This document shows positions 17,336 through 27,197 of a stretch of 64,000 nucleotides of DNA, piece by piece. Position numbers and translations under genes: made by a program. The notes beneath the pieces were generated by a model. The model had not been told where the DNA came from, did not search any database, and saw nothing but the letters and a program-made list of their open reading frames with translations. The first letter of the stretch is position 1, and each line of letters opens with the position of its first letter. Source of the stretch: Propionibacteriales bacterium (lineage in GTDB: Bacteria; Actinomycetota; Actinomycetes; Propionibacteriales; Propionibacteriaceae); assembly GCA_038259365.1 (NCBI GenBank), contig JBBSOW010000001.1:910-64909 (forward strand). The letters run 5' to 3'.

Positions 17336-18211
17336 ATGATTACCTTGACACGTTCGCCGATGAGACGGCTTGCCGTCCTCGTCCTGGCCACCTTGTTGAC
17401 CCTCGCGGCGGTGATCGCTGCGGCCCCGGCCGCCTCGGCCGCCGATACCGGGTGGGTTCGCCTGACCCACCTCTCCCCCGACACCCCCAAGGTCAACGTG
17501 GCGCTCACCTCGCTCTCGAACAGTAGGGACGTCATCGAGCTCTCCGAGGTCGGCTACGGCGACATTTCCGGCTACACGAAGGTGGCCGTGGGCAAGTACG
17601 TGGCGACGATGACCCCGCCAGGCGGGGACGCCAAGAGCACCCCCGCGGTCAGCCAACCCGTCACCGTGCGGGCCAACAAGGCCTACACCGTCGCCGCGGT
17701 CGGGAAGAACGCCGACCTCAAGGGCGTCGTACTGAACGACGACCTCACCCCCGGGCCGGAGGGCAAGGCCAGAGTTCGGCTGTTGCAGGCGTCCTACTCC
17801 GCCGACGAGGTGACGGTGAGGGCCGAAGGCGGCCCGGTCGTCGCCGAAGATGCGAAGTTCGCGACGGCCACGGATTACACCACCGTCCCGGCCGGCGTCT
17901 GGACCCTGCGCATCGACCCCGCGGGTGACAAGGTTGAACCCACCACCACCGAGACCGCGCTGGCCTCGGCGTCGGTGAACACCGTGATCGTGCTCGACGG
18001 CAAGGACGGCAAGCTCGCCGCCAAGGTGATCGTCGACTCCGGTGGCATGTCGAAACCAAAGACCCCCAAGAAGGCGGTCGAGGCCGGGGGCGGTGGGCTG
18101 GCCGAATCGGCGCCGACCGGTTCTGCCGCGGTCACATCGACCGCGATCCTGCTCGTCGTGGCGAGCTTCTGCGTCGTGGCCGCGCGCATCGGTCGTCGCC
18201 AGCGTGGCTGA
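17336..18211 (+). CDS. DUF4397-like secreted protein with C-terminal sorting-signal-like anchor
   Basis: GAAGGAG RBS upstream. Signal peptide ..AAPAASAADTGWVRLTHLSPDTPKVNV and repeated beta-rich modules typical of DUF4397. The C-terminus is LAESAPTGSAAVTST, then the hydrophobic AILLVVASFCVVAA, then RIGRRQRG. Confidence 0.7.
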   Translation: MITLTRSPMRRLAVLVLATLLTLAAVIAAAPAASAADTGWVRLTHLSPDTPKVNVALTSLSNSRDVIELSEVGYGDISGYTKVAVGKYVATMTPPGGDAKSTPAVSQPVTVRANKAYTVAAVGKNADLKGVVLNDDLTPGPEGKARVRLLQASYSADEVTVRAEGGPVVAEDAKFATATDYTTVPAGVWTLRIDPAGDKVEPTTTETALASASVNTVIVLDGKDGKLAAKVIVDSGGMSKPKTPKKAVEAGGGGLAESAPTGSAAVTSTAILLVVASFCVVAARIGRRQRG

Positions 18212-18940
18212 ATGAGCACCCTGTGGCGATTCCGCGCGCGCTCGGCCGCCGCGGTCTCAGTCGGCGCCGCGGTCACGTCGTTGATCGTGTTGGCGGGGTG
18301 CGGTTCCGCCCAGGTGGCGCCGTCCCGGGCCGAGGTGAGCCCGGCCAGAACCTCGTCGCCGTCCGCGACACGGGGCCCGTCGGAAACCGCGTCGCCACGC
18401 CCGGCCGAACCCCGTCCGATCCCCCCAAGGACGGCTCGGGTCGTCGGGTTGAGGCTGCCCGCGATCGGGTTGGCGGCGAATCGGTTGGAGGAACTGAGGT
18501 TGCTGCCCGACGGCTCCCTGGCCGCCCCGCGGGATCCCGCGCTGCCCGGCTGGTACGGCGGCGGCCCCGTGCCAGGAGAACTGGGCCCGGCCATCATCGC
18601 CGGGCACGTCGATTCCAAGACCGGGCCGGCGGTGTTCGCGCGGTTGGGCCAGCTCGAACCGGGGGACGGCGTCACGGTGGCGATCTCAGAGGTGGGCGCT
18701 TCCCAAGACGCGCCTTCGAAACGAGAGGTGGGGTTCACCGTCGACCGGATCGTCCACGCCACGAAGAAGGAGTTTCCGACCGAAGAGGTTTACGGATCGA
18801 CTCCCGACGCGCAGCTGCGGCTCATCACCTGCTCGGGGCCCTACGATCGCGTCGCCGGCTCGTATACGGACAACACGGTCGTGTTCGCCACGGCCGACGG
18901 CTCGTCACGGGAGCGCCAGGGCGCCGATTCTCAGCCCTAG
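18212..18940 (+). CDS. Class F sortase (lipobox-containing)
   Basis: The ATG abuts the preceding TGA. N-terminal LIVLAGC lipobox. Motifs PAIIAGHVDS (catalytic His) and LRLITCSGPYD (TLxTC-type Cys). Confidence 0.8.
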   Translation: MSTLWRFRARSAAAVSVGAAVTSLIVLAGCGSAQVAPSRAEVSPARTSSPSATRGPSETASPRPAEPRPIPPRTARVVGLRLPAIGLAANRLEELRLLPDGSLAAPRDPALPGWYGGGPVPGELGPAIIAGHVDSKTGPAVFARLGQLEPGDGVTVAISEVGASQDAPSKREVGFTVDRIVHATKKEFPTEEVYGSTPDAQLRLITCSGPYDRVAGSYTDNTVVFATADGSSRERQGADSQP

Positions 18941-19010
18941 ACAACGGGGCGATCCCGCTTGTCGTCGCGCAGTTGGTCGGGAGCGATCGGTCTCGTGCTA
19001 GAACTGCAGG

Positions 19011-19544
19011 ATGACAGATACCGATCTGTGGCGTTCCCTCCTCGCCGACGTCTTCGACCGAGTGCACGAACAGCTGACCGGCTCCTTGACGGGACTCAGC
19101 GACCAAGCTCTTCGAGCCCAACCCGGGACCGAGTCCAATCCCATCGGCTGGCTGGCCTGGCACCTCACCCGCATCCAGGACGATCACCTGGCCGGCCTGG
19201 CCGAACTCCCGCAGGCCTGGTCGGCGCGGGGCTGGGTCGAGCGCTTCGGCCTGCCCTACGATCCCCCCGACCACGGCTGGGGACATACCCCGGCGCAGGT
19301 CTCGGCCTTCTCGGCCACCACCGAGGACCTTCTCGGCTACGCCGACGACGTTCGCGAGTTGACGCGCGAAGTGCTGACCGATCTCACCGCCGCGGACTTC
19401 GACCGGGTGATCGACGACTCCTGGGATCCGCCGGTGACGTTGGGCGTTCGGGTCGTCAGCGTCGTCAACGAGGTCAACCAGCACCTGGGCCAGATCGATT
19501 ACGTTGCGGGGTTGGTCGGCGGATCGGCCAACCCCGTCCCGTAA
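19011..19544 (+). CDS. DinB-family (DUF664/mycothiol-transferase-like) protein
   Basis: Four-helix-bundle DinB signature NPIGWLAWHLTRIQDDHL and a later HLGQIDYV motif. 177 aa. Confidence 0.75.
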   Translation: MTDTDLWRSLLADVFDRVHEQLTGSLTGLSDQALRAQPGTESNPIGWLAWHLTRIQDDHLAGLAELPQAWSARGWVERFGLPYDPPDHGWGHTPAQVSAFSATTEDLLGYADDVRELTREVLTDLTAADFDRVIDDSWDPPVTLGVRVVSVVNEVNQHLGQIDYVAGLVGGSANPVP

Positions 19545-19554
19545 AAACAATCGG

Positions 19555-21441
19555 TCAGAACCGTGGACCGGATCCGGGCAGCGGCGGCACGACGGGTGGG
19601 AGGCCTCGCACGATTTCCTCCTGCTGTGCATCCTCGCCCCTGCGCGAATCGGCGTCGCGACTCGTGCGCTTGTTCTTGCTGGGGTAGATACCGTCGTGGT
19701 CCACCAATGCGGATTCGAAGGCTCCGAAGTCGCTCTTGCAGGTCCTCCCGGCCCTCGGCGCCTTGCTGGTGAGGAGGTACAGGTCGACGGACGAGGTGAC
19801 GCACCGCGAGGTCTGGTACGCGGTGTGGCCGAAGTTATCGCTGGAAAGCAGCCGCGAGTTGGGCAGCAGCGACGCGGCTCGGACTGCGCCGTCGTAGTTC
19901 GTGGCCGGGTCCCAGTAGTTGCCGATGACCAACACCGGATGAGCCGTACGCGCAGTGAACGGGCCGAGGTAGGCGTCGCGATCCTTGACCGTCCAGTACT
20001 TGCTCGCACAGGGCGCCGAGCCCCACGTCCACAGCCGACCGAAGCCGGTGCCGGTGCTGGCGGCGCGATCGGCAAACTTTGGCCAATCCCCAACGTTCCT
20101 GGGGTTGACGGAGTCCGTGCATAAAACGGTCTGGAAGGCCTCACCGGAGTTGTCGTAGGCTAAGGCAACACCAAGGCGTTCGGCCCACCTCGACTTATCG
20201 GCCCGCACCGCTTTCGCATCCGCTTGGCGGGCTTTGACCTTGACCGCCAGATCTTTGCGTGCTTGCAGTTGAGCCTTATCGCTCACGGTGCCGGGGGCTG
20301 CGAACACATCGTAGAAGACCGACAGATCGTCGTCGATCAACTGGGGAGCAAGGGGGGAGTACAGGTCGGTCAGCAGAAAAGCGACAAAGCTCGCGTAATC
20401 GAGTTCGAAGGAGAACTCCGGGTCGTCCGGGTCGGCGATGACCAGCGCGGACTTCTCGAACGAGTTCACCAGCTTGTCGTAGTTGGCCAACGGATCACCC
20501 TTGCTAGCGAATCGACAGTACTTGGGCCCCCTTTTCCGGCACAGGCGCAAGATCTCGTTGATCGCCTTGGTGGCTCCCTCCCCGGACCGGATCCGTTGGG
20601 TCACTGGTGTGCGCCGAGTCGACGGCCTGCCCGCCCAGCCCACTGGATCGAACACGCCGTCGATGGCCACCGCCCGCACCCTGTCGGGATACATGTTCGC
20701 GTAGACGTTACCGAGATAGGAACCGTAGGAGAATCCGAGGTAGGTCAGTTGCTTATCGCCGAACAGCCTGCGCAGCACGTCCATGTCTCGTGCCACGTTC
20801 GCGGTAGACATGTGGGCCGCGAGCGGCTTTCCGGTGCTGGAACAACCCTTCGCGAGCGCCACAGATGATCGCTGGTAGGCGCTGATTCGCCCCCGGGTGT
20901 CGGGGAACGGAACGGTGAGACCCTGGGTAGCAGCCGCCTGCGCGCCATAATTCTTGAAACAACGCACGTTGTCGCTGGAGTTCGTCCCGCGAGGATCCAC
21001 GCCGACGATGTCGAACTTCTTCAGCAGGGCCGGGGAGAGGAAGTAGGGAGCGGCGGCGGCGATCTGAACGCCCGAACCGCCCGGGCCACCGGGATTGATG
21101 AAGAGCGTCCCGATCTTGTGCCTTTGATCCTTGGCCCTGATGCGCAGATAGGCCACTTCGGTCTTGGCGGCCTTGGGCTGGTCGTAGTCCTGAGGCAGCC
21201 GGATCGTCCCGCATTCGCTCCGCACGCCGGTCACGAGGGTGCAGTCGAAGGTGACGGGCTTCGGCAACTTCACCCGGTCCACCCGTCTGGCCTCTTTGGC
21301 CTCGGTGACGTCGCCCTTGGCCAAGCTGGTGGCCGGTGGTTGCCTTGGGCTGCCAGCAGCCGGGGTCGCAAGCGGTGTGGCAAACAACGCCCAGACCGCT
21401 ATGGAGCCCACCAAGAGGCGTCTCCATCGAGTTCTTCTCAC
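19555..21441 (-). CDS. Secreted alpha/beta hydrolase, S33 tripeptidyl-aminopeptidase-like
   Basis: The 842-aa ORF has an Arg/Pro-rich spurious N-terminus. I trimmed it to GTG 21441 (M-RRTRWRRLLVGSIAVWALFATPLATPAAG signal). Motifs: FINPGGPGGSG oxyanion region, GFSYGSYLG nucleophile elbow, and a TAP-like C-terminus. The start is uncertain. Confidence 0.7.
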   Translation of the reverse strand: MRRTRWRRLLVGSIAVWALFATPLATPAAGSPRQPPATSLAKGDVTEAKEARRVDRVKLPKPVTFDCTLVTGVRSECGTIRLPQDYDQPKAAKTEVAYLRIRAKDQRHKIGTLFINPGGPGGSGVQIAAAAPYFLSPALLKKFDIVGVDPRGTNSSDNVRCFKNYGAQAAATQGLTVPFPDTRGRISAYQRSSVALAKGCSSTGKPLAAHMSTANVARDMDVLRRLFGDKQLTYLGFSYGSYLGNVYANMYPDRVRAVAIDGVFDPVGWAGRPSTRRTPVTQRIRSGEGATKAINEILRLCRKRGPKYCRFASKGDPLANYDKLVNSFEKSALVIADPDDPEFSFELDYASFVAFLLTDLYSPLAPQLIDDDLSVFYDVFAAPGTVSDKAQLQARKDLAVKVKARQADAKAVRADKSRWAERLGVALAYDNSGEAFQTVLCTDSVNPRNVGDWPKFADRAASTGTGFGRLWTWGSAPCASKYWTVKDRDAYLGPFTARTAHPVLVIGNYWDPATNYDGAVRAASLLPNSRLLSSDNFGHTAYQTSRCVTSSVDLYLLTSKAPRAGRTCKSDFGAFESALVDHDGIYPSKNKRTSRDADSRRGEDAQQEEIVRGLPPVVPPLPGSGPRF

Positions 21442-21647
21442 AGTGTCATCCGTTTCTCCGCAGCTCCGTTCGTCCCCGTTGGCCGAACTTCTCCGGTCCC
21501 GGTTCCCAATGTGGATGCAGATCCAGAGGGTGTCAAGGGAGGATGCTAAGTATCTCAAAAGAGGGCGAATCTCGGCTTGTCGGGTCGTGTCTTCTCGGGT
21601 CGACAGGCGGCTCGGCGAGCTAGGCGGCAGCGCGGTGGGCGTGACGG

Positions 21648-22373
21648 CTACCGCCGGTATCGCTCGACGAACGCGCGGATGAGTCCGCTGGCGGGTCCGA
21701 GATCGGCGCGTCGTGTGGCCGCGACGATGCCCTCGGCCTCTTCGGGACCGCAGTAGCCCACGTGGGCGTAGACGCGCAGCCGGTGGGCGAGGGATTCGGC
21801 GTCGAGTTCGGGGTGAAATTGGCACGCGTAGACGTTGCGCTTGAGCTTGAACAACTGCACCGGGCAATTGGTGCCACGGGCCAGCAGGACGGCCTCGCTC
21901 GGCAGTACCCGGCAGGCCTCCTTGTGGCCCACGATGGCAGAAAACGTGTCGGGTAGCCCTTCCAGAAGGGGATCGGCTCGGCCCGCGTCGGTCAAGGTGA
22001 TCGAGACCGGCCCCGGCGTCTCGCCGTAGGTCGTGTCCACCACACCGTCGAAGGCGGTCCCGAGAATGCCGACGCCGTAACACGCGCCGAAGAACGGATA
22101 ATCGTTCGCCGCGAGGTGGCGTACCAGCTCCCGGAGCTCCCTCTCCACGCGTGCCTGCAGCGACGACGGGTGCGGCTCGGAGGCGTTGAAGGGGCTACCG
22201 CCGAGGAAGACACCGCTGTAATCGGCCAACTCGATGTCGGGCATGGGGTTCGACTCCAGCCGAACGTGGCGCAGCTCGTCTGGGCTGAGCCCGCCGAAGG
22301 AACACAGCGCCGCGTGCTCCGCCTCCGCGGCGTCGTCGTCGGCTCGAGTCGCGAGCAGTACAAACGGTTTCAC
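21648..22373 (-). CDS. Class I glutamine amidotransferase-like protein
   Basis: Motifs FGACYGVGILG (nucleophile Cys) and ACQFHPELD (His). The start is set at GTG 22373 (KPFVLLATRADDD matches the family N-terminus), with GGAG upstream. Confidence 0.7.
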   Translation of the reverse strand: MKPFVLLATRADDDAAEAEHAALCSFGGLSPDELRHVRLESNPMPDIELADYSGVFLGGSPFNASEPHPSSLQARVERELRELVRHLAANDYPFFGACYGVGILGTAFDGVVDTTYGETPGPVSITLTDAGRADPLLEGLPDTFSAIVGHKEACRVLPSEAVLLARGTNCPVQLFKLKRNVYACQFHPELDAESLAHRLRVYAHVGYCGPEEAEGIVAATRRADLGPASGLIRAFVERYRR

Positions 22374-22503
22374 AAGGCTCCACACTAGGGCCCAGAACTT
22401 GGCCCTCCGCTTTGACCGCGAGACTATCGACCATCCGGGACATGTAGATTGCCAGGCATGCCGGAGTCGCTCGACGCGAGCACGCCCGACGGGGGGCGGA
22501 CCG

Positions 22504-23445
22504 TTGTTGCGTCTTGATCACCATTGGGTGTGGGACAGCTGGCCGATCGACGATCATCTCGGCAACCACCATCTGTTCTACCTCAAGGCGCCGCGCTCGC
22601 TGAAAGACCCAGAACTGCGACATTTCAGCCCCCGCGTCGGTCACGCTGTCAGCCACGACTACCGTCGATGGCTTGAACTTCCCGACGCGCTCGCGCCGAA
22701 CACCGCGCCGGCCTGGGACGACGCCGCCACCTGGACGGGGTCGATCATCGCCGTCCCGGACGGCGGATACCGCATGTTCTACACCGGCGCCTCGGCCAGC
22801 GAGGACGGCCTGGTCCAGCGGATCGGATGCGCGGATTCCGACGACTTGATCACCTGGACCCGTTCCGGCACGGAGGCGCTGCTCGAAGCCGACCCGCAAT
22901 GGTATGAGAAGTTCGACGGGCGATCCTGGGGTGATGAGGCATGGCGTGATCCGTGGGTCTTCGCCGATCCCGGTGGCGTTGGCTGGCACATGCTGATCAC
23001 CGCCCGGGCGGCCGAGGGCGAACTGAATGGCCGCGGCGTGATCGGGCACGCGTGGAGTGCCGATCTCGATTGTTGGGAGGCCCGTCCGCCGTTGTCCGAA
23101 CCGAGCGGGTTCGGCCAACTCGAGGTCATCCAACCCTTCGAGTTCGAGGGCACCGGTTACCTACTCTTCAGCTGCGAGACTTCCGAGATGGACCCGCTCC
23201 AACACCCTCCCGGGGAGCGCGGTGGGACGTGGATCCTCGAGAACGTGGACCCGCTTGGGCCGTTCGACCTCGACCGAGCTCGCCGCGTCGGCCCCGACGA
23301 GCTGTACGCCGCCCGAGCTGTGATCCATCAAGGCCGGCCCCATCTTTGTGGCTTCGCCAACCTGGTCGACGGGGAGTTTGTGGGCGAGATCATGGACCCC
23401 GTTCCCTTGTTTCAACCTAGCGAAGGACCCGCGAATGGATATTGA
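22504..23445 (+). CDS. Clan GH-J (GH32/GH68-like) beta-fructosidase/levansucrase-like glycoside hydrolase
   Basis: Motifs VWDSWP (nucleophile), WRDPWVF (RDP) and a five-blade-propeller-like repeat pattern. The upstream part of ORF 22234.. overlaps the GATase gene and looks non-coding. TTG 22504/22507 follows GGGGGCGGA. The start is uncertain. Confidence 0.6.
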   Translation: MLRLDHHWVWDSWPIDDHLGNHHLFYLKAPRSLKDPELRHFSPRVGHAVSHDYRRWLELPDALAPNTAPAWDDAATWTGSIIAVPDGGYRMFYTGASASEDGLVQRIGCADSDDLITWTRSGTEALLEADPQWYEKFDGRSWGDEAWRDPWVFADPGGVGWHMLITARAAEGELNGRGVIGHAWSADLDCWEARPPLSEPSGFGQLEVIQPFEFEGTGYLLFSCETSEMDPLQHPPGERGGTWILENVDPLGPFDLDRARRVGPDELYAARAVIHQGRPHLCGFANLVDGEFVGEIMDPVPLFQPSEGPANGY

Positions 23446-25693
23446 TCGGCAGTTGCTGGAACTGAGCCTGGCCGAGAAGGCGTCGCTGACCCTGGGCGGG
23501 GACATGTGGCACACCCGGGCGATCGAACGTCTGGGCATCCCGGCGATCATGGTCTCGGACGGGCCGCACGGCATGCGCACCCAACGAGACGACGGTGACA
23601 TGGCGGGGATCGGCGGGTCCGAGCCGGCCACGTGCTTTCCCACCGCCTGCCTCATCGCCTCCTCCTGGGATCCAGACCTCATCGCCGAGGTTGGACGCGC
23701 CATCGGGGCAGAGGCGCGATCGCTCAACGTGGCCGTGGTGCTCGGCCCTGGGGTGAACATCAAGCGTTCCCCGTTGTGCGGGCGCAACTTCGAGTATCTG
23801 TCCGAGGATCCGTTCCTCGCCGGAGAGCTGGGCCTGGCGATGGTGGAGGGCATCCAATCCGCGGGGGTGGGCACCTCGCTCAAGCACTTTGCCGCGAACA
23901 ATCAAGAGACCGACCGGCTCCGGGTCTCGGCCGAGATAGACATGCGCACCCTGCGCGAGATCTATCTCCTCGCTTTCGAGCGCATCGTCACGGCGGGGCA
24001 GCCGTGGACGGTGATGTGTGCCTACAACGCCCTGAACGGGGAGCTGTGTTCGCAAAACGAGTGGCTGTTGACCGAGGTGCTGGCGGGGGAGTGGGGATTC
24101 CAGGGTCTCGTCATCTCGGATTGGGGAGCGGTGAAGGATCAGGTGGCTTCTGTCGGGGCCGGCTTGAGCCTAGAGATGCCGCCCAAGACGGGGCTTTCGG
24201 ATCGGGCGCTCGTGGCGGCGATCGAGAACGACACCATGTCGCTCGAGCCCCTGGACCTCGCCGCGCGCCGGGTGCTGGAGCTCGTGGAGCGTGGTGCCTT
24301 CGTCAACGACCTGACCGAATCGGTCGATTTCGGCGCCCACCACGCGTTGGCCCGCCGGGCGGCCGCGGAATCCATCGTGCTGCTCAAGAACGAGGAACGG
24401 GTTCTCCCGCTGGCAACGGGCACGCGGGTGGCCGTCGTCGGCGAGTTCGCCCGAACTCCGCGTTATCAGGGCGGCGGTAGCTCCCAGGTCAACGCCACGC
24501 GTACCGATTGCGCCCTCGATTCCTTCCGTGAATGGGGCGATGTCACGTTCGCGGCCGGTTTCACCCTGGACGGCGCGGAGGTCACCACGTCCGCGGAGCA
24601 GTTGCGGGCAGAAGCCGTGGCCGTGGCTCGAGGGGCCGACGTCGCGGTGCTGTTCCTCGGCCTGGCCGACGCCGAAGAATCCGAGGGCTTCGACCGAACC
24701 CACATCGATCTGCCCGCCAACCAACTCGCCCTCCTTGCCGAGGTCGCCGCCGCCAACCCGAACGTGGTGGCGGTGCTCTCCAACGGCTCGGTCGTCCAGC
24801 TCACCGGATGGGATCATCGAGCCAAGGCCATCGTCGAGTGCTGGCTCGGCGGCCAGGCCGTGGGATCGGCCGTCGTCGACGTGCTGACCGGCGCCGCCAA
24901 TCCTGCGGGCAAGCTGGCCGAGACGATCCCGCTCAAACTCTCCGATTCGCCCTCCCACGGTCACTTCCCCGGGGATTCGGGCAGGGTCCGGTACGGGGAG
25001 GGGCTCGGGGTCGGTTATCGCGGCTTCGATCTTGCCGAGCGGGAGGTCGCCTACCCGTTCGGCTTCGGGTTGAGCTACACCACCTTCCGTTACGACAGCC
25101 TCGAAGCATCGACGACCGGCTCGGTGACCGAGGACGATCTCGCCGTCGTCACCACGATTACCGTCACCAACACCGGGGATGCCGCCGGCAAGGAGATCGT
25201 TCAGCTCTACGTGCGCGACCCCGAATGCTCGGTTAAGCGCCCCGTTCGCGAGCTCAAGGGCTTCGCCAAGATCGAGTTGCAACCGGGTGCGAGCGGCAGC
25301 GTCCAGATCGCGCTGGATCAGCGGGCTTTCAGTTTCTGGTCCGAGACCCTCGAGCGATTCGTCGTGGAGGCGGGGGAGTTCGCCATCGAGGCCGGGCCCC
25401 ACTCGCGCGAGCTGCCGTTGACCAAATCCGTGCGCATAGCCGCGCCTAGCGTGGCGCCCCCGCTCGACGAGGATTCGTCCCTGCAAGAGTGGCTCGCCGA
25501 TCCGGTCGGTTCTCGTGTGCTGCTCGACGCGTACGGCGAAGACGGGAAGCTGCCGGGCATGTTTGCCGACGAACACCTGATCACCGTGATCGGCAATTTT
25601 CCGCTCGAGCGGCTGATGAGCTTCCCGGGCTCGCCGATCCCACGGCGCGAGCTGCCCGCTCTGTTGGAACAGGTCCGCCGACGCCCCCGATAG
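23435..25693 (+). CDS. GH3 beta-glucosidase
   Basis: ATG 23435 (MDIDRQLLELSLAEKASL..) overlaps the previous CDS by 11 nt. Motifs: GIPAIMVSDGPHGMR, KHFAANNQE, GLVISDWGAV (nucleophile Asp), and a C-terminal fibronectin-like domain. Confidence 0.9.
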   Translation: MDIDRQLLELSLAEKASLTLGGDMWHTRAIERLGIPAIMVSDGPHGMRTQRDDGDMAGIGGSEPATCFPTACLIASSWDPDLIAEVGRAIGAEARSLNVAVVLGPGVNIKRSPLCGRNFEYLSEDPFLAGELGLAMVEGIQSAGVGTSLKHFAANNQETDRLRVSAEIDMRTLREIYLLAFERIVTAGQPWTVMCAYNALNGELCSQNEWLLTEVLAGEWGFQGLVISDWGAVKDQVASVGAGLSLEMPPKTGLSDRALVAAIENDTMSLEPLDLAARRVLELVERGAFVNDLTESVDFGAHHALARRAAAESIVLLKNEERVLPLATGTRVAVVGEFARTPRYQGGGSSQVNATRTDCALDSFREWGDVTFAAGFTLDGAEVTTSAEQLRAEAVAVARGADVAVLFLGLADAEESEGFDRTHIDLPANQLALLAEVAAANPNVVAVLSNGSVVQLTGWDHRAKAIVECWLGGQAVGSAVVDVLTGAANPAGKLAETIPLKLSDSPSHGHFPGDSGRVRYGEGLGVGYRGFDLAEREVAYPFGFGLSYTTFRYDSLEASTTGSVTEDDLAVVTTITVTNTGDAAGKEIVQLYVRDPECSVKRPVRELKGFAKIELQPGASGSVQIALDQRAFSFWSETLERFVVEAGEFAIEAGPHSRELPLTKSVRIAAPSVAPPLDEDSSLQEWLADPVGSRVLLDAYGEDGKLPGMFADEHLITVIGNFPLERLMSFPGSPIPRRELPALLEQVRRRPR

Positions 25694-25711
25694 CTCTGCT
25701 TGGTCGGGGAG

Positions 25712-25885
25712 TTATTCGGTGAGGCTGGCGTCCGAATCGGGGTCGGCCACCCCGGTAGCGAGCGCGGCCTTCTCACCATCGGAGAGGTCGTTGCCCGCGT
25801 CTGCGGTCGAGGTCGCCTCGTTGGCGGAACTTGCCTTGTCATTCTCGTCGTCGGAGGCTGATCCGGTGGGGCGGGTATCGGGCAC
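25712..25885 (-). CDS. Small, highly acidic hypothetical protein (57 aa)
   Basis: GTG 25885 lies 5 nt after AGGAG. GC3 is high across the frame (..DENDKASSANEATSTADAGNDLSDGEKAALATGVADPDSDASLTE). I recognised no family. Confidence 0.3.
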   Translation of the reverse strand: MPDTRPTGSASDDENDKASSANEATSTADAGNDLSDGEKAALATGVADPDSDASLTE

Positions 25886-26021
25886 GAAAACTCCTGGTGT
25901 CGTTTTCCAGAGATTCTGCACTATCGCAACAAGGCGGTGGGAGGCGGCCCCGGCGTCGGAGGTATCCACAGATGAGCACCACGCGGCGTCGAAAATACAC
26001 GGGCACGGCTAGGCTTTCCGC

Positions 26022-27170
26022 GTGAGTACTCCCCCTGGCCGGCACGGCAACGGGCAACCCCCCGATGCAGACGAATTCTGGGACCCCGTGCCCTCTGGCC
26101 CGCCGCAGCAGTACGTCCCGACAAACGCCGTCCCGCTGCAGTACCCGCCTTCGGCACGGTCGGTCCAGAACGCGCCCTCCTTTCAGCCCCTCCCCGCCCG
26201 CCAGGCCAAACTGTCGGCGCTGCCGGTGGCACCGACCGAATACCCGCAAATGCTGCGCACTCCCCGGTACCGCTGGTGGCGAGCGTTGCTCGCCATCGCG
26301 TTGTTCGCGGGCTTCTTGGTTGTCTCCTTGGTGCTGGTGTTCGTCGCGGCGCTGATCTTGGGCGCCATCTTCGACTTCCCGGCCATCGAGCTCATCGAGC
26401 AGGTGTCGTCCCCGTTCGGTTTCGCCGTGTTGGCTATCACCCTCATCGTGCTGATTCCCATCTCCCTCTTCTCGATCCGGATTGCGTTCGGGACGCGGCC
26501 GGGCTACGTCAGCTCGGTCACCGGCCGGTTCCGGCTCAACTGGGCGCTACGCTGCGCGGCCGTGGTGTCGCCGGTGTGGATCGCCCTCATGGTTATCAGC
26601 TACCTCGGCGGGGATTTCACCGGCGGGCGTCCGGTCCAGTGGATCGCCCTGATGATCATGGTGCTCACGTTGATTCCCTTCCAGGCCGCGGGGGAGGAGT
26701 TCGCGTTCCGCGGCTTCGTCCAGCAGGTGGTGGGCGCCTGGTTCTCGAACCGATGGCTCGCGCTCATCGTTCCGGCCGTCCTGTCGGTGCCCCTGTTTGC
26801 CGCCGCCCACGGCAGCTTCGACGCCTGGGTATTGGCCGACCTGTCGGCCTCGGCGGCCGCGTGGGTCTACCTCACCTGGCGCACCGGCGGGCTTGAGGCC
26901 GGCATCGCCGTGCACGCGGTCAACAACTGCTCCATCATGTTGACCTCGCTGGTCTTCGGCGGCTTCGAGAACGGTTTCGTCACCGACCAGAGCACCGGAA
27001 GCTGGCAAAGCCTGGCGATCACCTTGGTGTGCAACGCCCTTGCCGTCGTCCTTATCGTCTGGCAGGCCCGCCGCGTCGGGTTGCAGCGGCTTTTCGAGCC
27101 CGCCCTTGGCCAACCTGAGCCAGCCCCTGAACTCGAACACGGTCGGCAGGTCGGGCCGGTAGCGCGGTAG
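26022..27170 (+). CDS. CPBP-family intramembrane glutamic endopeptidase (CAAX protease/Abi-like)
   Basis: Pro-rich cytoplasmic N-terminus followed by about 7 TM helices. Motifs AGEEFAFRGF, FAAAHG and AVHAVNN. Confidence 0.8.
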   Translation: MSTPPGRHGNGQPPDADEFWDPVPSGPPQQYVPTNAVPLQYPPSARSVQNAPSFQPLPARQAKLSALPVAPTEYPQMLRTPRYRWWRALLAIALFAGFLVVSLVLVFVAALILGAIFDFPAIELIEQVSSPFGFAVLAITLIVLIPISLFSIRIAFGTRPGYVSSVTGRFRLNWALRCAAVVSPVWIALMVISYLGGDFTGGRPVQWIALMIMVLTLIPFQAAGEEFAFRGFVQQVVGAWFSNRWLALIVPAVLSVPLFAAAHGSFDAWVLADLSASAAAWVYLTWRTGGLEAGIAVHAVNNCSIMLTSLVFGGFENGFVTDQSTGSWQSLAITLVCNALAVVLIVWQARRVGLQRLFEPALGQPEPAPELEHGRQVGPVAR

Positions 27171-27197
27171 GCGGAACTCGTCTGCTAGGCAGTAGTC

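Noticed and set aside
21442-22083. Long N-terminal extensions of ORFs 19555..22083, 60519..63764, 41294..42766, 37730..38740 and 998..1894
   Set aside because: The extensions are Arg/Pro/Gly-rich and overlap upstream genes or intergenic DNA. Internal starts give proper signal peptides, RBSs or family-typical N-termini.
22247-22257. GGTTCGACTCC, a tRNA T-arm-like string
   Set aside because: It lies inside the GATase coding frame, and no acceptor, D or anticodon arms can be drawn around it.
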